Assembly: GCF_006345805.1 (NCBI RefSeq)
Contig: NW_021833622.1
Coordinates: forward strand, 1-57,487
DNA from: Octopus sinensis
Lineage: Eukaryota
Direction: 5' to 3'
Length of the DNA stretch: 57,487 nt
Both the position numbers and the translations under genes were made by a program. Positions 1 to 12,300 of this stretch are shown in pieces. Within the stretch, counting starts at the first letter, position 1; every line of letters starts with the position of its first letter. Under the pieces are notes generated by a model, which was not told the origin of the DNA, did no database searches, and saw only the letters and a list, made by a program, of their open reading frames with translations.

Positions 1-480
1 CCTCTACTGCTAGGGTGTTGTAACACTTTTTCACACACCTGTCCACATCCATATGCAACACATGACCATACCAGTGCAGTTGTCTCTCTTGCACACGACA
101 TTAGATGCTTCTTACATCCAACTTTTCTCTCAGGGCACTTATACTCTGTTGTGTGTGCACACTGACATTACACAATCAGTGGAGCATACTAGCCTCATTC
201 CTTGCACACTTACACATCTTCAGCAGTCACAGTCTATGTTTCACTACCATATAGCATGGCTGTTCGCATACATGTGTCATACAGCCTATCTTTTACTCTA
301 TTCTTATTGTAGCAGCTCCACTCTCAGAGCATCCACCCCGCTACTTACTTGGTCACCTAGGTCACAGAAGCTATCAACTGTTTCTAGTTTTCCCCCTGGC
401 ATGTGATGGAAGCTGTTTTCTGCACATTTTTAGTATTTATTGCCCCTGAGCATTTGCCACACACAAAAATTATTTTCCTC
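1..480 (-). mobile_element. RTE-clade LINE fragment (C-terminal ORF region), truncated by window edge
   Basis: Collinear with the RTE copies at 16.3-16.9 kb and 24.0-24.6 kb (e.g. CACATGACCATACCAG, GGAAGCTATCAACT); ends at a CA/TA microsatellite. Confidence 0.85.
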
Positions 481-600
481 ATACACACACACACATGTAT
501 GTATACATATATATATGTACGTAACCTCATCCTCATATACACGTAAGTGTTTATATGCACACACATAACATAATACGTATATATTTAGACACTTATACAT

Positions 601-670
601 ATGGCGGTGCCCCAGCATGGCCACAGCTCATGAGCTGAAACTAGATAAAATAAAAAATAAAAGTAAAAAA
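601..670 (+). mobile_element. Very short 3'-terminal fragment of the CR1/L2-group LINE with (TAAAA)n tail
   Basis: 601-662 is identical to 21716-21777 (ATGGCGGTGCCCCAGCATGGCCACAGCTCATGAGCTGAAACTAGATAAAATAAAA...). Confidence 0.85.
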
Positions 671-672
671 AT

Positions 673-714
673 ACTAGCATTAAAGACCCGTCCTTGCCGG
701 GTCATAGTGCTAGT
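673..714. repeat. Imperfect palindrome resembling two back-to-back Helitron 3' termini
   Basis: ACTAGCA(673-679)/TGCTAGT(708-714) and GACCCG(685-690)/CGGGTC(698-703); compare the CTAG-plus-hairpin ends at 13759 and 49818. Confidence 0.55.
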
Positions 715-849
715 GCATGTATATATGTGTATATATATGTGTACATATTACATGTACATCTATATATATACATCTACACATAAAATACAAAATACAAAGT
801 TATATCTTGATATCGCTAGTGATAACAATACTCAAAATATATAACAGAC

Positions 850-1238
850 TGGAATTGTTAAGATCACCCAGCAAGAAATTGAAAATTTAATTTCCCCATG
901 CAGTCAGAAATGTCAAACTTTGATTGAAGCTAAAGGGCTTCACGCTAAATATTAAATAATTCCAGCATTCTCTGTCACTTTTTGATTATTTTGTTATTTT
1001 TTGAATCGTTCTGATCATTTTGGCCACCATGGGTTTTGCAGTAAATCACTATATCATCCATAACTTTTGTTATATATTGTATTATCCTCTCAAATTACAC
1101 CAAAATCTCAGACAATAACAAATAATATTGTATTTATTGTCTGTAAAAATTATAGCATATAAAACAACTTTGATAAAAACTTATACCTACTTTTCTGACA
1201 AAAACAATGCCGTTCTGAACATTTTGGCCGCAACTATA
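850..1238 (+). mobile_element. Tc1-family transposon 3' end (transposase C-terminus plus IR/DR-type right end)
   Basis: KITQQEIENLISPCSQKCQTLIEAKGLHAKY* (stop 953-955) matches the Tc1 C-terminal xMPxRxxAVIxAKGxxTKY pattern. Direct repeat CGTTCTGA(T/A)CATTTTGGCC at 1007 and 1211; the outer copy is followed by TA. Confidence 0.75.
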
Positions 1239-1304
1239 TATATATACAAATATACACACACACACACACACACATTTATACATATAAGTATACGTGTATA
1301 TATA

Positions 1305-1700
1305 TACTTGCCCTTACCTTTTGGAGGGTACAGACTTCCACTTTAAACCAGGTGAAATATTTAAGATTAAATCAAATTTCACCTGTGCCTCGGAAAACCT
1401 AATCTATGCCATTACCTACTTAGGGTGTGGTAATCAATATATTGGCCAAACAGGAATATCACTCTTTCGAAGAACCACTCTTCAAAAGAACAAATCCACC
1501 ACCCACAATACAGACAGATACAGGTCAGGGAATACATAGATAGGTGTGCTAGGAACCTTAATTCTAATTTCCTAATTTCCCCTTCTATCAATGTTCACAG
1601 AACACCTCAGTACAGTAAAGAATGAATAAAGAAGCACTTTCATCAATAAATATTATCCACAACTTAACATGAACACAACATAATACAGGACACTACTAAC
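1305..1700 (+). mobile_element. Penelope-like element, GIY-YIG endonuclease remnant
   Basis: TCPYL...FKIKSNFTCASENLIYAITYLGCGNQYIGQTG is a PLE GIY-YIG motif; frameshifted downstream. Confidence 0.85.
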
Positions 1701-2154
1701 CTTACCAATAATGCCACTAACACCCATACATTCCTTATACCATTTATATTACAGTATTATATCAATCCTAATTGCACTACATCCAGAACTACTTACCTTT
1801 CTTACCCAATCTTTTTACTCATGGACGAGTAGACCTAACACAGTTTGATAATTGGTGTGCATTCAAAGCCAGTAAACAGCAATGACAACCCAGGTTTGAC
1901 TTTGAATCTCTTTAACAATTCAAAATAATGAATTTAATTTCTCTTAATTCTACCTCAGTTCATCTAATTGTATTTATTTATCTCTACTTTTCATAAAAAG
2001 CCTCTATTTCTTTTTATATTCAATGTGCATTTTCACTTTTTTCTTCTTACTTTCCATGTGTAGTTTCTATTTTCTTTTGAAAACATATTTCTTTCATATA
2101 TATATATATATATTAACATACACTCACACTCTTGCATACACATACATCTATATC

Positions 2155-2189
<35 letters not shown>

Positions 2190-3004
2190 TATATATACAT
2201 ACCGTAAAAAGCCATGTAATTTGTGCACCTGTTTAATTTATGCAGGTGATTTTTAGAATAAAAAAGCTTCTACTCATGTAAAATTCACACACAAAGGTTT
2301 TCAGAATTGCAGATATGGCCATGGGAAAAGGTTTACAATTTAGTTGTGTTTACCAAATTTCACTTGCTTATGATTAGATTTTATTAAATTTTCATTAAAT
2401 AAAATTAATTTCTATGTAACAGGTATCACACTGAAAGTTATTAAATTACGAAGTGTTTATGTTGTTTATAATAAAGTTTATTTTACATTTCTTTCCTGAT
2501 CTTTAGCATACTTCTGTATGTCAACTCAAATCAGAATCACAAGAAAAGTTGATAATTCTTATCAACAAAAACAAAGCTGATAAATATGCATAAGTGTTGC
2601 AAAATAAGTTTAATTACCAATAAACATCAGCTTTGATGACACTTTACTCAACCGACAAGAGGAAGGTGACCGATCAAACTGATTATGTAAACAGAATTCT
2701 GATTGGTTGAAAGTGTCTTCTTGTCTGAAGCTCTGATTTTCTATTCTTGTCAGAACCTTTGATACAGAGTATCTAAATTTTAATCCCTTTAGGACATATA
2801 AAATGTCAAGCAAACTTTAAAATTTGTCATTACCATTTTAGCTGGTAAAATAAACATTAAAAATTGAAAGGAGAAAATAAATAGCTTTGCAAGTTTAACT
2901 CAGTGTTTATTGAACAAGAGAGGTGAGAAATTTAAGAAGTGAAATTTAAGACGTGTGTCTGTGAGAAGACATAAACAAGAATATAGACCGAGAGCCAGTC
3001 CTGA

Positions 3005-3425
3005 TTTGATTAGACTTGAAGCTCCAAAATATTGGCAAGGCACAATATATGTACAAATGCTCCTAATACTATGAAACGTGATTCTTAAGTATGCTTAGGT
3101 ATGGATTAATTAATTATGAGATAATCAACTTGCGTAAATAACTAATTTAATTAGACTTTAAGCTCCAGTAAAGAATTACATTGAATATTACTCCTTAGAC
3201 ACAAGTGATACTTAAATGAAAACTTAAGAAAAAAAACAGGTATGGAAAAACAAATTAAGAAGTTTTAATTAGACACGTAATTAGGAATTAATTAGACTTT
3301 CTGCTCCAGCATCAATTACTTTGCAGAATTGTTCACTAAACCCAGCTGAATCTTTTCATGTCACTTAAGAACCATTTTAGGTATGGATTTCTAATTTAAG
3401 AAGCATTTTCTACTAATCACTATAC
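3005..3425. repeat. Degenerate 141-bp tandem repeat, about 3 units
   Basis: ATTAGACTT..(A/T)GCTCCA at 3009, 3150, 3291 and AGGTATGGA at 3097, 3238, 3379; both have exact 141-bp spacing. Confidence 0.75.
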
Positions 3426-3584
3426 ACTAAATAAGAGGAAACATACAGAAACACTGTTTTCAAGCTACATGATGAATGCAACATACAAACGTGTCTTAGA
3501 CCCAGTTAACATGAAAGGAAGAAATTAATAATCATCCCAGGCATTGGAAGACAATAAGAAACCTTTTAATTAGACCCTACTGAC

Positions 3585-6445
3585 TTGGTGAAGACTTTCT
3601 ACCGGAATGTTTATGGTGGTTTTGGCAAGCAAACCCCCAGTACAATTCATCATACTGATGCTGCTAGTCAGGATGCCTTGTTTGTCGTTACGCATGGAGC
3701 AATTAAACCCCGCAAACACATCACAACGGGTATGGGTATGAAATCTATGACAGGCAGCAGAAAGGTGGTCACTCTCTTGAACTGTTATGGCTACAGCATC
3801 AATTATCATTGCGCAGAGGAACTAGAGACGGAGTTGGCCTTTGCCCACGAGAAGCAGACCATCATCCCCGAGGGTGTACAACCAAACTGAGTAATAGGGA
3901 ATGCCTACGATAATTATGACGAACTCGCCAACACTCTGACAGGTGCAAATTCCTTACACGATACAACGGGCATCATTTACCAAAACGAAGATGAAATAGA
4001 TTGAGGACGGCGTGATGTGTCGGAACAGATAGTCCAGACTCCTTGGGAGAAACCACAGAAAAGGAGAAAGTTGGATACAGACGAGCCTGCACTTCTGCCC
4101 TACAGGAAGACACCAAGAGTGAAATTGTTTTGTTACATTGTAACACTGTTGAAAGCTCGCAAGGCAGATTACGTGTTCATGATGAGCCACACCTTCAAAA
4201 TAGATGGAACACCAATGTGGGGTGCATTCAATGCCAGGTATCACACGGACACAATTCCAAGAGAGAAGATCTTCTACATGCTTAACATCAGTCATTCCCC
4301 GACCAGTCTAGATGTTGTGGCTGAAACTACGACTGACACAGAAGTGTGCTCTGGAATGCAACCACCAGTATGGTCTCGTGACATACGACCTCGCAATAGC
4401 GAAACCTGCTATCAGAATCCAAGACACCGAAAGTTTGACCTTCAACAACATATTCATAATATTCAGCCAGTTTCATTTCCAGATGTGCAGTTTCAAGGCA
4501 ATTGGCAAACTATTGGCCGAGTGAGGTGGCCCAAGAATCCTTACAGAGTGCGACAACGTACTTGCTACTGGATCATTGAAGGGATTCGAGTCTGGCACTC
4601 ATTTCAACAGATGTAAGTGGCTGCATCCAATCATGGCTTTCGCATTCGAGTGTCTTCACTTCAAAGCTATGAAACTGACGACATTGAAGTCCAGCTTGCG
4701 GTGGAAGAGGCACTTGGTACCTCAACTTGCGCTGTTACTTCCGATCTGTTGGAGAAAGTCATCTCTGATTACATAAAATTTCAGAAGAGACAAAGGACGG
4801 AGCTCGAGGACCTACCGCTCAATTCTGGATGGATTACATCGAAAGAATGCATGATTATCATGTACTCAATCGTGCCATCAGAACAAGCGATGTTGACTTG
4901 TTCATAGACGCTCTCACTCCGATCATCTCTCTGCTGTTCGCAACTGATCAACAGAACTACGCTAGGTATATGACGAAGTACCAGCTAGATCTTATGAACA
5001 TAGACGAGACACACCCTAGATTAAGAGGCTTGCTTGATCGTGGTGGGTTCACTATTTGTAGAACCAGTAATTCGTTCTCAAGGTGTCCTAACGATCTAAC
5101 ACTGGAGCAGACAATCAATGCTGATGTTGCTTCATGGGGTTGTCAGCTATGACGAACAACTATACAGCCAGATTCTGTTGGATGTTCACCAAGTCATCTT
5201 GGGCTGCTATTGTCACTGATCTGATGGAGATGGCAGGGATGGGCACCACAGAATCAACTGCAGCTGAGCAGCGACCAGCAAGAGTCAAGCAAGACCGATC
5301 AGATTTGGAAAAAGTGATCGCGCAGATAGAAAAATCTGTAACCCTTTTAGGGTTACAGATCACAACTGACCTGATCAACATGCATACAGGAAAGGCATGC
5401 AGTGAAAATATGAAGAGAATTCTGCTCGATGTTCAAGCGACTGGCAGAAACATGCACTAAACATTCGTTGCGGAATGCGTTGAAAACCCAGCATGATTCG
5501 AAAAGCCACTGTGAAAGATAAAGATTAAAGCCTTTGCAAGTGATAGCATTGGAAATCGGCGATCAAAGAACAAAAGATGACAACGAATGAAATGCACATG
5601 TGACTTGATGGGTAGGATGTTGATCATCTCAGCAAAAGAGAAATTGGATCTCAAGCATGTTCTAACATACCCAATTATGCCTGTTCCATTGGCACTCTGT
5701 TGCAGTGATGGTACAATGGCGGAAACCGATAAAAGCAAGTTGCTCATATATCTCGAGAGCTGCGCAGGGGAAGTTTGTCAACCAAGCAGCTAAACGCCTT
5801 CTGTGATCGACAGGAACTTTTTGTTACACGTCATGCCATCCAAATTACTAAAGACATTCGGCTGATTGGCCCAGACAATCCTTGGCTTATGTGCAGCAAC
5901 ACGTCACCAACATGTTGACATTGTGTTCGACACACAACGGTCACCTTCCATCAAAGATGTTGAACATGGAAGCAGAGGTGCAATGGAGATTACCTTCACT
6001 ATAGTGGGACCAGACCAGGTAACACCCAAGTTTTCCGAGATAATGCAGTCCAGATCATTCAAATTGCAGCTCCCCCAGTTCTTAGCTCAAGAGTGGGAGA
6101 AAGACAAATACTCATCGATTCTGGGTACTCGAACCATGTACGTCAGTGCTGGAGGTACTGTAATAATCATAGTGTCATGATTCGAGAGAGAGCTCCAGAT
6201 CTGGACTGCAACCATGATGAGGGAAATACACAAGTGGTTCCTCAAGTACTGCATATGGCACAAGACTATGAAGAAACTGTCATCCATGCGTCTGATACCG
6301 ATATCACTGTAATCATGCTATATCATCAAGAAAACGAGCGACCAGAACACTCGACGATACGTCAACCTGTCGCAGATAGCAGCATCGATTGGCCATCTCA
6401 TGTGCGAAGCTCTGCCTGGATTTCATGCATTTACAGGCTTTAGAT
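3585..6445 (+). pseudogene. Fragmented Academ-like (AcademX-type) transposase with XPG/FEN1-like nuclease motifs
   Basis: Collinear frameshifted blocks: KPRKH..GMKSMTGSRKV..EELETELA; AYDNYD..LHDTTGIIYQ; VTYDLAIAK..IQ; LFATDQQNYARY; LEQTINAD; YPIMPVPLALCCSDG..TDKSKL; VDIVFDT..PSIKDVE; NHDEGNT..ASDTDI; LPGFHAFTG. Family assigned from recalled motifs, not a database search. Confidence 0.65.
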
Positions 6446-6984
6446 GCAGTAAGAGCTGATAGCAGTGATATCAGCAGTGAGGAATTTCCTTGTGTCGTAA
6501 CATGGAGAATGCGAGCAAACGCAAGCTAGACTCCCCAAGCAGAGAAAGACTGATCTATTTAAGGAAATTGCTGGGCTCCATTGCAATAGGTAGAAACTCA
6601 AGCAATGTAAAATATGGCCCAGACCATGATTACCTGCATGAATGTCAAACTTCAAAAAGAAGTTAACCATTTAATGGTTTTAGTAAATTTATACAGAAAA
6701 AGTAAGCATTATACTGTCCAGCATTAATAAAAATCAACTTCATTATATTTTTTCTGTAAAACCCTATTCTAAGATTAAATGAGTCAACTTCCCGTACATC
6801 ATTTTTCAACAAAAAAATTTGTAAAAACATACTGGAAATGATCTACTCATGTAATTTACACCCCACCTAAAGTTTATTTTAGTTTTTGCAAAAAAAGGAT
6901 GTAAATTACATGCGTTTTTACAGTACACACACACGTGTGTGTGTGCGTGCATTTTTTTTTTTTTTGTTTTTTTTCTTTTGTTTC

Positions 6985-7190
6985 AAACTGTAACCACATA
7001 TGAATCGTTGGCGATTTTTTTCCTCTGTCTTCCCTTCTATTGGACTTTCCTCAGTTTCTGAAGAAGAGTGTCTGCTCGAAACGTTAAACCATATTTCTTT
7101 CCTTCTCTGAGCGTATGCTAATACTTCACATGTACCACATCCTCACGTTTTTTTTGTGTTTGTTGTTCTTTTTGAATTTACTATATACAT
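6985..7190 (+). mobile_element. Penelope-like terminal-repeat fragment
   Basis: Contains a minimal hammerhead motif followed by a GAGCG..CTAATAC segment also seen after the PLE at 52.5 kb. Confidence 0.6.
7054..7089 (+). ncRNA. Minimal type I hammerhead ribozyme motif (PLE-associated, palindromic stem III)
   Basis: GTTT-CTGAAGA-A-GAG-TGTCTG-CTC-GAA-ACGT-T-AAAC: stem I GTTT/AAAC, stem II GAG/CTC, palindromic ACGT. Confidence 0.7.
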
Positions 7191-7849
7191 ATACACATAT
7201 ACACCCTCCTATCACATATACACATTCATACGATTAAAAAGGAAAACATGAAAAAATATATATAAAAAATGAAAGATTAAAACTTAAAAGAAGTTAAGAC
7301 AGATGGGATGCCTGTGCTGGAACACAGTAAAAATGTGGATTCTAACTGTGAATTTGGGGCAAAGGTGTGTGATAGGAAGGTGCGTGTATGTGTGTATGTG
7401 TGTGTATATATATGTGTGTGTGTGTGTATGTATGTATATATGCATGTATAACGTGTATGCGGGAGTGTGAATGTATGTCTGTATATATATATACGTATAC
7501 TTATATGTATAAATGTCGAAATATATATGTATTATGTTATGTGTATACATATGTATATAAGGATATGGTTGCAATTTCCTTATTTTAACATTTTAATATC
7601 ATATACACCAGACAGTCTCTCATTTAAATTTTTTAAATTGTTTGCATATATGTTATGATGTATATATTTATCTTGATGTGAAGATAAATATTGTGTATGT
7701 ATGTTTGTATGTGTGTATGTATATGTATATATATATTTATATACATATAGATATATATATATATATATAAGCGTATGTATATGCATATATACTTTTATAT
7801 GTGGGCATGTATTTGCATACATATTTTTTGTATATTTGTATGCGTATCT

Positions 7850-8391
7850 ATCATCATCATCGTTTAACGTCAGCTTTCCATGCTGGCATTGGTTGGGCAG
7901 TTTGACTGAGGGCTGGTGAGCCAGAAGGCAGCACCAGGCTCCAATCTGATGTGGCAGAGTTTCTACAGCTGGATGCCCTTCCTAACACCAACCACTCCGA
8001 GAGTGTACAGGATGCTTTTTATGTACCAGCAACACAAGGGCCAGCTAGGCGGCATTGGCAACGACCAGTCAGGCAATGCTGGCAATGATCACGCTCGAAT
8101 GTTGCTTTTAGCATGCCAGGTACCAATCAGGTTGTACTGTCATTGGTCACGACAAAAATTTCACTTGCCCCAACAGGTCTTCACAAGTGCAGTTTATTGC
8201 CCAATGATTGAAGGGTACTCTTAAATGCGTTGGTTATGTTACACTGGCATAGGCCACAGTTATGGTCTCATTTGGCTTGCCGGGTCTTCACAAGCACAGC
8301 ATATCTCCAAAGGTCTCAGTCACTTGCCATTGCCTCAGTGAGGCCCAATGTTCAAAGGTCGTACTTCACCACCTCATCCCAGGTCTTCCTC
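7850..8391 (-). mobile_element. 5'-truncated RTE LINE (3'UTR, ORF end, (GAT)n tail)
   Basis: (ATC)n on + followed by GTTTAACGTC..CCATGCTGGCA and GGATGCCCTTCCTAAC, shared with the other RTE copies. Confidence 0.85.
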
Positions 8392-9259
8392 TTTCATGTG
8401 TGTATTTGTATGTATGTTTGTATTTATGTACATATACATGTAATTTTATGTGTGTGTCTTTATATGTGTTTGTTTCACAAGTTAAACGAAGTATATCACC
8501 TTCTTTAGATACTTTTTGAATGCCATCAATTCACACTCTCTACCCGTCTATTTTTTCCCTTTCTTTCTCTAATTTTCTGTTTCCTTTTCTTCTTTTCCAC
8601 TGTTTTCTTTCCCACCCCCTCTACGTATTATTATCTGTTTTGTTTTTCCTTCTCTTTCTTTCACCTGTAACGACTAGTATAAGCATATGCTAGGAGATTT
8701 TGTGCGCATGCATGTGTGCATGCATATACATATGCATTTGTATATATTTATGTCTTGTCTATATATGTCTGTATATGTATGTAGCCATGTACCTGTATCT
8801 GTATGTTTAGTGTGTGTGTGTATATATATATATATTACAGATTGTTTGATATGTGTATATACTGCTAAATGTATATGTAATCTAGTGTGAAAATTGTTTT
8901 AAATGGATATATCTTTTAATTTATTAATATTTTACAGCTAATTATTTACCCTAGGTACTCAGGCCTTTTCCTTCTTTATGAGCTATTTTTAATTTAAGGT
9001 TTTCTTCAATTTTTATAATAATATGATTTTAAACAGCAATTTGTTATTGCATGCAACTAGTTATTGAAAAGCTGAAAGGACCAACGAACCAAAACCATTT
9101 TCAAACGTGTATCTATCAAACTAATTGTATATTTATGCATATAACCTTATTTTTGTTCCATTCTAAACAAAACTGTCCGACGAACAGGAACATGAAACTC
9201 CTAGTAACAGATTTTATGATATTTTTGCTGCTTTTTTATAATGTATGTATTTATTCAGA

Positions 9260-9337
9260 TAATTAAAGGTAACCGCAGGTATGGTCTTCTTGGTCGTGAC
9301 CTGCTCAATGCTGAAACAATGAGCAGTGTTGAGTCAT
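9260..9337 (+). repeat. Displaced 78-bp duplicate of the Gypsy protease C-terminal segment
   Basis: Near-identical to 9999-10062 but retains 14 extra nt (reads IKGNRRYGLLGRDLL). Confidence 0.8.
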
Positions 9338-9359
9338 ATGTACGTACGTATGTATGTAT

Positions 9360-12300
9360 TTTGAAAGTCTGAAAACATCTAAAATGTCAGTGAGTGAAGA
9401 ACTCATACTGTCTCAGTTGGTTGTCAGTCTAGGAAGCAGTGAGGAAAGAGGAGAAAGTTCTTCAAGCTAATCAAGTTAACAAATTCAGTTTAGAAGCTAC
9501 AGTACAATTTTTACAACATTCTTCGCAAATATCTCAATTTTCCAATGACAATTAAAAAGGGTAAGTCATTGCCTATTCCAAAACAACTGCACAAGATAAA
9601 AGAAAAAATTTGAGAGACAAATCCTGTGAAATGCTATCTGCAAAAACTGTGGCAATAAAGACCACTATGCAAAAGTTTGCAAAAGCACCAGGAATGATCA
9701 CAGGATGAGTCATCAGGATGGAATCACAACTCTTATTTGTCCTGCATCAGAAAAACCTGTGTTTGAATCTGTCTCACTCAATGGGTACAAGATAGACATG
9801 ATGCATAATATGGGTGCTCCCTGCAGCATTATCTCATCGACATTATCTCCCTGCAGCATTATTTCAAATATATCAGTATGATGATTACACAGCAACATAC
9901 TTGATATGAATCATGCGATGGGCACCACATGGAATGCACTGAAGAGGTTTGTCTTACAATGAAATGAAGAGGTCAGCAATTCCTCCATACTTTTCAAGTA
10001 ATTAAAGGTAACCGCAGGTCGTGACCTGCTCAATGATGAAACAATGAGCAGTGTTGAGTCATTTCTGCCGACAATAAAAGGAGTGTAAAGCTTCTGTTAA
10101 ATTAAAAGCTAATGCCTCTGATAAATTCAGTGCTGCCAGAAACATGCCCATTACTCTCAAGGAAGATGTAGCTAAGGAAATAGATGTACTGGAAGCCAAA
10201 GGTGTAATTAAAAAATGCGCTCCAGGTGGCATAGTCACTACTTCTCCAGTTGTATGGATTAAAAAGAAAAATAGATGACTACATATGTCCTGACTACAAA
10301 CTTCACCTAAATAAAAAAAATATGCATGGAAGCTTATCCTTTGCCACAAATAGAAACCATGTTCAGCAAGCTTAGTGGAGCAAGATTCTTCACTCAGATT
10401 GAAACTGATTAATTTTGGCAGACCAAGCTCAATGAAAATAATCAGAAGCTCAGTGCCATCAATACAACCAGAGGTGTATACTTGGTTACATGATTACAGA
10501 TGGAGATGAAAAATAGTTCTGAATTTTCCTGTATGCAATAGAGAATGTAATGCTCAAAGGACTAAAGAGTTTCATTGCCTACCAAGACAATATAATTGTT
10601 TTTGCTAAGACAGAAGAGAGCCTGAATACACATTTAAATGCCATCCTCAGAAGATTATGAAGAAAACAAGTCAGTGTCAACAAAGAAAAATGTATTCAAA
10701 AGACAACAAGCATCACATTTTTAGGCCATATGATATCAGAAGGAATTAAACCCGCAAAATAATTCACTCACAGAATTATGACATTAAATCAGCCAATAAA
10801 CACTGAGGATCCTTTCTTGGATTAATCAGATACTTTGGGCAATTCATTTCAAATTTCAGAGAGAAAACAATTAGCATGCAGAAACTAACTACTGCCAATC
10901 GTTTTCAGTGGAAAGACAAATGCCAACTTGAATTCAAGAATATTAAGCTATGCAAAGAACCAATATTGAAGCCATTTGATCCTAAATTACCTACCAAGCT
11001 GATGACAGATGCATCAATGAACAGTGGTGCGGCAATACTTTCACAAAATGGTCACCCTGTTCTATACGTGTCAAAAAAATTGACACCTGCTGGATCTAAT
11101 TTGTCAAATACCGAATGCAAAGCATTTGCCATTGTATGGACCGTTACCCATCTCAAACAATTTCTGCTAGGTAAAAGGTTCAAACTCAATATGGATAACA
11201 GACCTTTAAAATATATCTTACACCCAAAACAGTTAATCCCTACCAATGTTTCTGCTAGAATCAGGTGATGGGCTATTCAGTTAATGGCATTTGATTTTGT
11301 TATATCATGTCTCTGGCTCTAAAATTCCTCATGTGACGCAATATCAAGATTGCAAGTAGCAGACGAGGTAATTGTTTTTGCAGTTGAGCAAGTGAGTAAT
11401 ACTCCTTTCAAAGCCATGTACATTGATCATGTGAAAAATATTACTGAATACAACAGGCACATTCAGTGAATCAACTGTCTGGTCAAATTCAGAAAATGGA
11501 CTTCATGAAACACATGCATGATCAACTAACAATAGAAGACGGAACTCTATATTTGTGAATGAGAATGTTTGTTCCCTACCAACTACATGACAGTGTGCTT
11601 TACGACAGTCATGATACACATTTGGGTATTCAACAAATAATCAATAAAATTTCTCTTGAGTTCTGGTGGCCAAACATGTCTCAAGATGTGACTACCTTCA
11701 TTTCCAGCAGCAATTCAACAGTGACATGGAATAAGGATGGTCCTAGGGAACATATTCACATGGATTGGGCTTTCATGAACCGCATTGGCAATTTACTCAT
11801 TGTCGTCAATTCATATTTCAACTACACTGATGCTATCCCCTTGCCCTCATGCCAAAAGGAAAACATACAAAAGTGCTTGATGTGTCTTTTCATTCTGCTT
11901 GGACTGCCAAAAGTTACTACATCAGACAATACACCTGAATTTACAGCATTGAAAGGTTGGTTATCGACCCTTGGAATAAAGAACATATATATACCTACTT
12001 ATCATCCACAGTCAAATGGGCAAGCCAAGCGAGCTGTCCAAACCATCAAACATGTTTTATCTGCATGGAATCCTGTCAGTGACAATTGGTATCCCTATTT
12101 ACAGCGAGCTCTATTCAATCATTGATCTTCTTCAAGTGGGAAAGTTATTCAGAAAACCATTACAAAGCAGCTGCAATCCACAATTCATACTGTTTACTAA
12201 TGACAGGTACCACAACAAGGTAGAGAAACCTGAACCTCAAACGCATGAAGTCAACAAGATGATGATTGGACTAAACTGGTGATCTGGCAGAAAAAGAAAC

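Larger units (their letters stand above)
2200..6925 (+). mobile_element. 4.7-kb DNA transposon with imperfect terminal inverted repeats, TA at both ends
   Basis: Left end TACCGTAAAAAGCCATGTAATTT; reverse complement of right end TACTGTAAAAACGCATGTAATTT. Sub-terminal CATGTAA(A/T)TT motif recurs near 2275 and 6848. Confidence 0.7.

Noticed and set aside
1815-1850. Possible hammerhead remnant (TGGACGAGTAGACCTAACAC) after the first Penelope fragment
   Set aside because: Neither CUGANGA nor GAAA is intact; stems are not convincing.
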